A stretch of DNA of 32,000 nt, taken from Mucisphaera calidilacus. GTDB lineage: Bacteria; Planctomycetota; Phycisphaerae; Phycisphaerales; Phycisphaeraceae. The stretch lies in the NCBI RefSeq assembly GCF_007748075.1, contig NZ_CP036280.1:1440001-1472000 (forward strand), in the 5' to 3' direction. Positions 25,461 through 32,000 of this stretch are shown in pieces (position 1 is the first letter of the stretch; each line of letters opens with the position of its first letter). Under the pieces are notes generated by a model that saw only the letters and a list, made by a program, of their open reading frames with translations, was not told where the DNA came from and did no database searches. Both the position numbers and the translations under genes were made by a program.

Positions 25461-27110
25461 TCAAGCCGGGCGACGGCACATCACCAGTATCCCGAGCAAG
25501 GCGAGAGCAACACGCGGCTCGGGGATGTTGCTGTCATCCTCGTCGTCGAAGGCGAAGGCGAGAATCGAAAGATCAAGCAGGTCGACCCGGCCGTCGGCGT
25601 TGAAGTCGCCCCCCGACCAGAGCACATCCTCCACGTTGAAGTGACTCGCGAGCGTGGAGAGATCGAGCAGATCGACGCTGCCGTCAAAGTTGGCGTCGCC
25701 GGGCGTGATGAACATCTCGTTGTGCACCAGGCGGTTGAAGTCGCTGTGATCAACAAGATCATCACCGGTGAGATCGAAGTAGAAGGGATCCCCGCCGAGG
25801 TTGGCGACAAACAGGTCGATGTCGTTCAGCGTCAACTCGCCGTCGAGATCAAAATCAGCCGACTCGACATGAGGCGGCTGGGTCCGCGACGGCAGGTTCT
25901 CACGAAGGTCGATGTGCAGGTGGTTCAGGTGAACACCCGACGAATCACCCACCGCGATGGACGTCCCCGTCTGGCGGTTGAACTCGTCGCGGATATCCGT
26001 GTTGCTCACGATGATGCGCCACACACGCGCATCGTCAGGCGTGTTATCGACGAAGGAACGCATGACCTCGACAACACCGAGCTCGTCCGCAGACAGCACC
26101 CCGTTGCCGTAGTTCCACGTGGAATACTCGACGTGCACGTCGATATCCAGACCGGCCTGGTGCGTCGAGTGGCAGCAGGCCGACCCCACGCCATCGACGC
26201 GCGACATCGCGTTGATCAGCCGACCGGGCAGAGCCTCCGCCGCCGCAAGAATGGTGTCGATCGTCCAACTGGTCGCGTAGCGCTCGGTCTGTGGCGTTCG
26301 TCCCGTGCGCACACCGGTGCCCGGGTCCCGCGCCGGAAGAATGTCGTAATCCCCCTCGATGTCGTTGGGGTCGAAGTCATAGACCGGCGTGCCTCCCGGT
26401 CGCCCGCCTCCCGTGCCGATCTGAGGATCGGGATCGACCAGCTCGACCCAGCGCGGAGCACGAACGTTGTTGAGAAGACTGACCGTGCTGCTCGACAGAC
26501 TCCCCGAGAACCCGCCGGGGTTGACCTCGCCCGAACTGGCCGTAGCCGCCTTGAAGAGCTTGATCGACGATTCGGTGTTAGGACCAAGCGACCCGTCAAC
26601 GCTGAGCGTGCCGCCACCCGTTTTCTGGAAACCCAGGTAATTCAGCCGCTGCTGGGCCGCAGCGACGGCCACCGCCGACCCATCCGTCGGGACCGTCAAA
26701 GGCGTCTTGGCGTTGAAGCCGGTGTGGGTGTACCCGCTCCGCACCGTCACGTCGAGATCAAGATGCTGACCGTCGATGCTCACCGGAATGCTCAGCGTGC
26801 CCTGATAACCCCGGTTGTCCAGCAGCTCCGTGCTGATCGGCGGGGCCGACTCGATGCCCGGAACAACATAGAACCGACCGGTCTCCGAGAAGGGCAGCCC
26901 TTCCACCTCATCCGAGGTCAGGATGTCAGCGACACCGAAACCCGTGGCACCGAGTTGGAAACTCGATCCGCCCCGAGCCGCCTTGAGATCAACGCGGATC
27001 AGGTCGCCCGTACGACCATAAACCTCAAGCGGCAGGAGATCAGCTTCAAGCGTGGTGGTCGTGGCGACAACCAGCATGCAGGCGGCGGTCATCAAACGAC
27101 GGGTCTTCAT
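25461..27110 (-). CDS. Secreted multidomain protein: PG_binding_1-like domain, LAS-type Zn metallopeptidase (MepA/M15-like) motifs, dockerin-like repeats, PEP-CTERM anchor
   Basis: Signal MKTRRLMTAACMLVVATTTTLEA. AAAQQRLNYLGF...LSVDGSLGPNTESSIKLFK resembles a peptidoglycan-binding domain. HSTHQAGLDID (nt 26139-26171) and HLNHLHIDL (around nt 25914-25931) fit the LAS SxHxxGxD and HxH motifs. The C-terminal NIPEPRVALALLGILVMCRRPA is a PEP-CTERM signal. The ATG at 27110 has AGGAGA upstream. Confidence 0.7.
   Translation of the reverse strand: MKTRRLMTAACMLVVATTTTLEADLLPLEVYGRTGDLIRVDLKAARGGSSFQLGATGFGVADILTSDEVEGLPFSETGRFYVVPGIESAPPISTELLDNRGYQGTLSIPVSIDGQHLDLDVTVRSGYTHTGFNAKTPLTVPTDGSAVAVAAAQQRLNYLGFQKTGGGTLSVDGSLGPNTESSIKLFKAATASSGEVNPGGFSGSLSSSTVSLLNNVRAPRWVELVDPDPQIGTGGGRPGGTPVYDFDPNDIEGDYDILPARDPGTGVRTGRTPQTERYATSWTIDTILAAAEALPGRLINAMSRVDGVGSACCHSTHQAGLDIDVHVEYSTWNYGNGVLSADELGVVEVMRSFVDNTPDDARVWRIIVSNTDIRDEFNRQTGTSIAVGDSSGVHLNHLHIDLRENLPSRTQPPHVESADFDLDGELTLNDIDLFVANLGGDPFYFDLTGDDLVDHSDFNRLVHNEMFITPGDANFDGSVDLLDLSTLASHFNVEDVLWSGGDFNADGRVDLLDLSILAFAFDDEDDSNIPEPRVALALLGILVMCRRPA
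25548..25859 (-). repeat. Four dockerin/EF-hand-like Asp-rich repeats within the CDS (two degenerate, two canonical)
   Basis: ADFDLDGELTLNDIDLF, DLTGDDLVDHSDFNRL, GDANFDGSVDLLDLSTLASHF, GDFNADGRVDLLDLSILAFAF. Confidence 0.7.
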
Positions 27111-27141
27111 GGCTCTCTCCTGGGTTGTCACGCGTCCACGA

Positions 27142-28677
27142 TCACACGTCGAAGGTAATGCCCTGCGCCAGCGGCAGCTGCGTGGTGTAGTTGACGGTGT
27201 TCGTGGCCCGCCTCATGTAGTTCTTCCAGGCGTCGGAGCCGGACTCGCGGCCACCGCCGGTCTCCTTCTCGCCGCCGAACGCACCGCCGATCTCGGCACC
27301 ACTCGTGCCGATGTTCACATTCGCAATGCCGCAGTCCGACCCGGCCGGCCCGCAGAAGGTCTCAGCATCGAGAACGCTCCCTGTAAAGATGGCACTGCTC
27401 AGGCCCTGAGGCACATCATTCTGAATAGAAATCGCCTGATCGATGTCGGTATAGGTAAGGACATAGAGAATCGGGGCAAACGTTTCCTGCTGGAGGATCG
27501 GCGCGGAAGCATCAATCTCCACAATAGCCGGCTTGACGTAAGTGCCGCCTGCCGGAACACCCTCGGTCAGACGCCCGCCGCCGAACACCTCACCGCCTTG
27601 CTTCTTGGCCTCCTCAAGCGCCTTGTCCATCGCATCCCCCGCAGCCTCGTCAATCAGCGGACCGATCAGCACGCCATCACGCGTCGGATCGCCGATAGCG
27701 ACGGTCTCGAAGATCTTCTTGAGCTTCGCGACAAGCTCATCCTTGAGGGATTCATGCACGATGAGCCGCCGAAGCGTCGTGCAGCGCTGGCCGGTCGTGC
27801 CGACAGCAGAGAACGTGATCGCCCGAACCGCAAGGTCAAGATCAGCCGATTCCGTCACGATCATCGCGTTGTTGCCGCCCAGTTCGAGCAGTGAACGGCC
27901 CAGGCGTGCGCCCACGGCCTGACCGACCGCCTTGCCCATCGGGACCGAGCCCGTCGCCGAAACCAACGGCAGATCCTTCGAGCCCGCGACGGCCTCACCC
28001 ACGTCACGCATGCCGATCACCACCGACGACAACGCCGCAGGCGCTTCATCAAAGTCGCGAATCACCTCCATCAGGATGTTGTGGCAGGCCAGCGCACACA
28101 GCGGGGCCTTCTCCGATGGCTTGAGGACCACCGGGTCGCCACACACCAGCGCCAGCGCCGCGTTCCACGCCCAGACAGCCACCGGGAAGTTGAACGCGGT
28201 AATGACACCGATCGGTCCCAGCGGATGCCACTGCTCGGTCAGACGGTGACCCGGGCGCTCGCTCTGGATCGACAAACCATAAAGCTGCCGGCTCAGGCCC
28301 ACCGCGAAGTCGCAGATGTCAATCATCTCCTGGACCTCGCCCTCGGCCTCAGCGGTGATCTTGCCGACCTCCCACGAAACCAGCGCCCCAAGCGTCTTCT
28401 TATGCTCACGCAACCGGTTCCCGAACTGACGCACAAGCTCACCACGACGCGGAGCCGGCACCGTACGCCACGCAGTAAAGGCTTCCTTGGCCGCGGCGAT
28501 CGCCTTGTTGGCGTCATCGGGCGTGGCCATCTTCATCGTGGCCAGCGTGCTCCCGTCGATCGGGCTGGTGACCGTCAACTCGGAACCCGAGGTCCCGAAA
28601 GTCTCGTGCCCGATCGCAAGCGCATCGGGGTTCGCGCTGAGTCCGAGCGTGGCGAGGGTAGAAGCGAGGTCGCTCAT
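27142..28677 (-). CDS. amaB: ALDH7-type aldehyde dehydrogenase: alpha-aminoadipic semialdehyde / piperideine-6-carboxylate dehydrogenase
   Basis: Near-collinear motif identity with ALDH7A1/AmaB. Shared motifs include EGEVQEMIDICDFAVGLSR, ITAFNFPVAVWAWN, LELGGNNA, AVGTTGQRCTTLRRL, ETFAPILYV, GSDCGIANVNIGTSGAEIGGAFGGEKETGGGRESGSDAWKNYMRR and LPLAQGITF. Confidence 0.9.
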   Translation of the reverse strand: MSDLASTLATLGLSANPDALAIGHETFGTSGSELTVTSPIDGSTLATMKMATPDDANKAIAAAKEAFTAWRTVPAPRRGELVRQFGNRLREHKKTLGALVSWEVGKITAEAEGEVQEMIDICDFAVGLSRQLYGLSIQSERPGHRLTEQWHPLGPIGVITAFNFPVAVWAWNAALALVCGDPVVLKPSEKAPLCALACHNILMEVIRDFDEAPAALSSVVIGMRDVGEAVAGSKDLPLVSATGSVPMGKAVGQAVGARLGRSLLELGGNNAMIVTESADLDLAVRAITFSAVGTTGQRCTTLRRLIVHESLKDELVAKLKKIFETVAIGDPTRDGVLIGPLIDEAAGDAMDKALEEAKKQGGEVFGGGRLTEGVPAGGTYVKPAIVEIDASAPILQQETFAPILYVLTYTDIDQAISIQNDVPQGLSSAIFTGSVLDAETFCGPAGSDCGIANVNIGTSGAEIGGAFGGEKETGGGRESGSDAWKNYMRRATNTVNYTTQLPLAQGITFDV

Positions 28678-28711
28678 GAGCGGCGGTCCTTTTCGTGTCG
28701 GTAAAAGTTAA

Positions 28712-29848
28712 TCAGTCGTTCTCGATGACGGCTTCGACCTGCTTGACCGTCACGGCGGGGTGGCCCGCAAAGTCGTAGTAGCGGCCAAAACGATTGGCCA
28801 GGAAATCAGGCAGAGCAACCTCCTCCTGGCGGATGAAACCCTTACTCGGCAGCTTGCCCTCGATGTGCAGGTCCAGCACCGTGCAGATGCCCGCCGCGGT
28901 CGTGATCTGGATCGCGCTCCAGTGCTCGCCCTCGACCTCGCCGTGATAAATCTTCCGCGCGTCCGTGATCTGCGAGTAACGCCCCTCGACCATGCCCGTC
29001 ACCGTGCAGAACACGATCACCACGTCCTGCGTGGTCATGGGCACCGAGTCTTCGAGAATCGACTTGAGCGTGTCCCGCTTGTTGTTCATCCGCAATTCGT
29101 TGATCAGGAAGTCGGCGAGGTCGCGGTGACCCAGGTACCGCACTGTCTTGTAATTCAGCGTGTCGACGCGGCCGTCAAGCGTCTCGCAAAGCGTCCCCAG
29201 ACCGCCCGAGGTGTTGAACGCCTCGTAACGCACACCATCAACCGAAAAATGCTCCAGCCCCTCGAGAGCAAGCATCTCAATACGCTGCCCCCGGTGGATC
29301 GCCTCGCAGGGGTTGCAGTACTCGTTGATCAGACCGTCGGTCGACCACGTCAGGTTGTACTTGAGCATGTTGGTCGGATACATCGGCAGGGCACCCACAC
29401 GCATCTGCACGCTGTCGATCGACTCCAGCCGCTTGGCGAGGTCGTAAGCCACAATCCCCACAAAGCCCGGCGCCAACCCGCACTGCGGCATGAAGATCTG
29501 CCCCTCCTTCGCCTTCTTCGCAATCTCCTTCACGCGACGCGTCGTCTCAACGTCCTCGGTCAAGTCGAAGTAACTCGCGCCAGCCTCAAGCGCAGCCTCG
29601 GCCACCGCGGGGTTGAACCGGAACGAAAGCGCCGAGAGCACTGCGTCACGCCCCTTGAGCGCACCCAGAAGCTCAGCCTTGTTCGTGACGTCAAGCTTGA
29701 TCGTCTCGACACCCGCGTGCTCTGCCACGGTGGCGAGCGCTTGCTCATTGACGTCCGCGACCAGAACGTCGTAGTCGCCCGTCGCGCGGAGGTAAGTTGC
29801 GATCGCCGTGCCGATCTTGCCGGCACCCAGGAGTAGAACGTGCTTCAT
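28712..29848 (-). CDS. Saccharopine-dehydrogenase-family NAD(P) oxidoreductase (saccharopine dehydrogenase or L-lysine 6-dehydrogenase)
   Basis: Rossmann N-terminus MKHVLLLGAGKIGTAIATYL. Family motifs CGLAPGF, KYNLTWSTDGLINEY. It lies 34 nt upstream of the ALDH7 gene on the same strand. The sequence alone does not distinguish SDH from LysDH. Confidence 0.7.
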   Translation of the reverse strand: MKHVLLLGAGKIGTAIATYLRATGDYDVLVADVNEQALATVAEHAGVETIKLDVTNKAELLGALKGRDAVLSALSFRFNPAVAEAALEAGASYFDLTEDVETTRRVKEIAKKAKEGQIFMPQCGLAPGFVGIVAYDLAKRLESIDSVQMRVGALPMYPTNMLKYNLTWSTDGLINEYCNPCEAIHRGQRIEMLALEGLEHFSVDGVRYEAFNTSGGLGTLCETLDGRVDTLNYKTVRYLGHRDLADFLINELRMNNKRDTLKSILEDSVPMTTQDVVIVFCTVTGMVEGRYSQITDARKIYHGEVEGEHWSAIQITTAAGICTVLDLHIEGKLPSKGFIRQEEVALPDFLANRFGRYYDFAGHPAVTVKQVEAVIEND

Positions 29849-29924
29849 CAACAATAGACCTTGGTCAAGCGGGAAAGATTGGAGCAGGGGGGCACGATGG
29901 CTCCCCCACACCGGGAGAAACATC

Positions 29925-29930
29925 TATAAT
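29925..29930 (+). promoter_or_regulatory. Candidate -10 box in the divergent lysine-gene intergenic region
   Basis: A perfect TATAAT sits 114 nt upstream of the ATG at 30044 in a lower-GC spacer. There is no convincing -35, since TCCCCC is at the 17-nt position. Pattern match only. Confidence 0.2.
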
Positions 29931-30043
29931 ACAAGAAGACGAACTATAAGAATTGCATCGCATCACATCCGTTTCTCGTGACGCAGGCCCACGCCCGTCA
30001 CCACCAGATGTGTGATTCACACCATGAGCAGAGGAGCATCGCC

Positions 30044-31411
30044 ATGACCGCAGCCGCCAAACCCGAATTCAACTGGGAACAGCAGCCCGCCGCCCAAGCC
30101 GTCGTCGACCGCCTCATCAAGGAAGCCGTCGCCCTCAGCCCCTCCGCCGAGAAAATGGGCAAGGGGATGTCCGAGCAGGCCGGCACGCGTCTGCTCGACT
30201 GGCTCGACCACATCGCAGCCCCCTCAAACGCCGTCTCCGAGTCCGAACTCAAAGAGGTCGGCTTCGAACTCGTCGGGCAGACGCCCCACGGCAAACCGGT
30301 CTACGAGCACCTCGGCGCCATCTTCCCCCGCGTGATCGTCAACACCGAAGCCCTGGGCCTCGCCCTCAAGGCCGACTCCGTCTCCGACTACCTCGCCACC
30401 CACGGCATCGCCGCGGAAATCCATGGCCAGCCCCTCGCACGACTGCGCTCCGCACGCGTGGACCGCGACGAGAAAGCACAACTCTGGGTCATCGAACGAC
30501 ACGGCTGGACCAGCTTCGAGCCGCCCGCCTACGACGCCGAACAGGCCCTCCGTTCTCTTGATCACCTCGACAGCTTCCGCACCCGAAACCGCTGGCACGA
30601 CAACGACGTCGCCGGCTTCGAACACGCCTACCAGCTCATCGAACGCGTCGCCGACGACCTCGGCGAAGACTGGGCCTGCGACCTCTTCTTCGAAGCAGAA
30701 CGCCAGTACTGGATGCGCCGCAACCGCGCCGCACGCGTTCAAAAAGCCCGCCAGGACAAACTCGGCCTCGGCTGGGCCAACCACGACCACCACACCTTCC
30801 GCTCGGGACGTGAGGCCTACAAATACCTCATCAAGGCCCTGGAACTCATGGGCTTCTTCTGCCGCGAACGCTTCTACGCCGGAGCACAGGCCGGATGGGG
30901 CGCCCAGGTCCTCGAACACAAGACAACCCGCATCACCATCTTCGCCGACGTCGACATGTCACCCGAAGAAGTCGAGGGCGATTTCGCGCACAACGGCCTG
31001 CCGGCTGCGGAAAAACTCGGCACCGTCGGCCTCTGGACCGCTCTGCACGGCGAATCCTTCCTCCAGGCCGGACTGCATCACCTCGAATGCCAGTTCGATT
31101 TCGACGGCCTCCGCGAGCAGATGAAGGCCGAAGCCGGCATCGGCATGATGGACCCCTTCAGCAACTTCGATCACCTCAAGCAGCAATTCACCGAAGGCGA
31201 ACGCTGGGCCGTCGATGCCGGTCGTATCAGTCGCCTCGTCGAGGCGGGGATGATCACCGAAGATCAAGGCGGCCAGTTCAGCACTCAGGGCGCCATCGGC
31301 TCCCACCTCGAAAACCTCGAACGCAACAACGGCTTCAAGGGCTTCAACCAGACAGGCATCAGCCACATCATCGCCAAGACCGATCCCCGTGAGCACCTGG
31401 CCAAGGCCTGA
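30044..31411 (+). CDS. Conserved hypothetical protein with two VOC-fold-like modules; probable DUF1338 / HglS-YdcJ-like (2-oxoadipate dioxygenase/decarboxylase family) C-terminal half
   Basis: NHDHHTFRSGREAYKYLIKALELMGFF (nt 30779-30859) resembles the first metal/substrate module of YdcJ/HglS (RHGAIRVG...MFAIMGMY; H-x3-R-x-G...MG). LHHLECQFDFDGLREQMKAEAGI (nt 31073-31141) resembles the second (NHLTPRTLDIDRVQSMMPECGI). The comparison relies on remembered reference sequences. The ATG at 30044 has AGGAG 7 nt upstream. Confidence 0.45.
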   Translation: MTAAAKPEFNWEQQPAAQAVVDRLIKEAVALSPSAEKMGKGMSEQAGTRLLDWLDHIAAPSNAVSESELKEVGFELVGQTPHGKPVYEHLGAIFPRVIVNTEALGLALKADSVSDYLATHGIAAEIHGQPLARLRSARVDRDEKAQLWVIERHGWTSFEPPAYDAEQALRSLDHLDSFRTRNRWHDNDVAGFEHAYQLIERVADDLGEDWACDLFFEAERQYWMRRNRAARVQKARQDKLGLGWANHDHHTFRSGREAYKYLIKALELMGFFCRERFYAGAQAGWGAQVLEHKTTRITIFADVDMSPEEVEGDFAHNGLPAAEKLGTVGLWTALHGESFLQAGLHHLECQFDFDGLREQMKAEAGIGMMDPFSNFDHLKQQFTEGERWAVDAGRISRLVEAGMITEDQGGQFSTQGAIGSHLENLERNNGFKGFNQTGISHIIAKTDPREHLAKA

Positions 31412-31516
31412 ACAAACGCTTTTTACCTCTCTTGCCCCAATTAACGGAGATTTGCGCCGATGTCCGTCGCAGACCGAATTTCTAGGTGAACTTATGGTCT
31501 TAAAAGTCGAATCCTG

Positions 31517-31545
31517 TTGACACACCGCCCGTGATCGATCACTAT
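31517..31545 (+). promoter_or_regulatory. Candidate sigma70-type promoter in the long lower-GC intergenic region
   Basis: TTGACA (31517-31522), a 17-nt spacer, then CACTAT (31540-31545, a weak -10). Pattern match only. Confidence 0.2.
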
Positions 31546-31891
31546 TCTTTCAGAACGCTGAGGGCAGTCAACCCAACCAGCAGCGAACAAGAAAGAACGG
31601 CTCTGCGTCACTGACTTCTGTTTAATCAAGCATCGCACCGACGACCCCGGCCGAAGACCGGCACGCAGGGCTCGGAGAGAGAGAAAGCATGTTCACCCCC
31701 GATTCCATCTCCAGCAATTTGACAGGCACAAGCCTGGTAAATTGGGAAATGTCGAATCCGGACTTTTCGATCCTCAATCTCCAGGAAAATGAAGTAACCG
31801 ATAACTAACGCTTGCAGCCACCAACGTTTGGTGTATGCTTCAGCACTCTCGCACACCCTTTTCCGCTTTTTCTTCGAAGGAGAAAACTGAG

Positions 31892-32000
31892 ATGTTCAAG
31901 ACCGCTACTGCTCTTACCGTTGCTCTCGCCGCTTCCACCGCTATGGCTGAAGTGACCGTCGACAAGGCCCCCAACGCCAGCCTCGCCGGCTACACCACCT
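31892..32000 (+). CDS. 5' end of a secreted protein gene (runs off the window)
   Basis: ATG at 31892 preceded by AAGGAG 9 nt upstream. The translation MFKTATALTVALAASTAMA|EVTVDKAPNASLAGYTT is a classic Sec signal peptide with an AxA site. GC3-biased codons resume here. The frame is open to the window end. Confidence 0.55.
   Translation, partial: MFKTATALTVALAASTAMAEVTVDKAPNASLAGYTT

Noticed and set aside
25641-29836. Long plus-strand ORFs (25641-27158, 27052-27894, 28081-28704, 28760-29836) antisense to the LAS peptidase, ALDH7 and SDH genes
   Set aside because: These are shadow ORFs with Arg-rich low-complexity translations. The opposite strand has strong family matches.
31626-31856. 76-aa minus-strand ORF in the last intergenic region
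   Set aside because: It lies in lower-GC sequence with non-native codon usage. It has no SD or recognisable motif and overlaps an equally weak plus-strand small ORF. It is most likely non-coding.
1-32000. Search for CRISPR repeats, tRNA/rRNA genes, IS elements, integrases, phage genes or toxin-antitoxin/defence cassettes
   Set aside because: I noticed no regularly spaced direct repeats, no cloverleaf-like or rRNA-like conserved stretches, and no transposase, recombinase or defence-type motifs in any domain-bearing ORF. Composition is uniform apart from short intergenic dips, so I see no evidence for a mobile or horizontally acquired island.

Overview
GC-rich, gene-dense chromosomal segment with strong GC3 bias and about 25 protein-coding genes. 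By eye I found no rRNA, tRNA, CRISPR array, transposase or integrase. Gene content points to the PVC superphylum, most likely Planctomycetota. The evidence is two prepilin-like DUF1559/H-X9-DG proteins and two secreted proteins ending in dockerin-like Ca-binding repeats plus a PEP-CTERM anchor. Left to right: cinA (3' part), CpsB-like PHP tyrosine phosphatase, FkbM methyltransferase, H-X9-DG pseudopilin-like protein, PEP-CTERM/dockerin protein, ispH, a compact RpoS/RpoD-like sigma factor, LpxR-like outer-membrane protein, a hypothetical protein, mutT, an orphan secretin, Tat-exported PhoX/DUF839, and a YdiJ-type FAD/Fe-S oxidoreductase. A peptidoglycan-remodelling neighbourhood follows: ldcA, two tandem PBP4/dacB paralogues, spmA-spmB, an AmiD-like amidase and a PG-binding LAS metallopeptidase, interrupted by a second H-X9-DG protein. 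The window ends with a lysine-catabolic pair (saccharopine-dehydrogenase-family enzyme plus ALDH7-type aminoadipate-semialdehyde dehydrogenase) divergent from a probable DUF1338/HglS-like protein, and the 5' end of a secreted-protein gene. I do not see a self-contained, obviously new multi-gene system such as a defence island. The best candidates for novelty are: (i) the orphan secretin with a ~310-residue C-terminal extension; (ii) a PG endopeptidase carrying dockerin-like repeats and a PEP-CTERM sorting signal; (iii) the spmAB-dacB linkage in a non-sporulating lineage; (iv) a plant/Pseudomonas-like lysine to 2-oxoglutarate gene set. Many long antisense ORFs in the track are high-GC shadow ORFs and were rejected. 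All family calls rest on motif recognition by eye and need HMM or BLAST confirmation.
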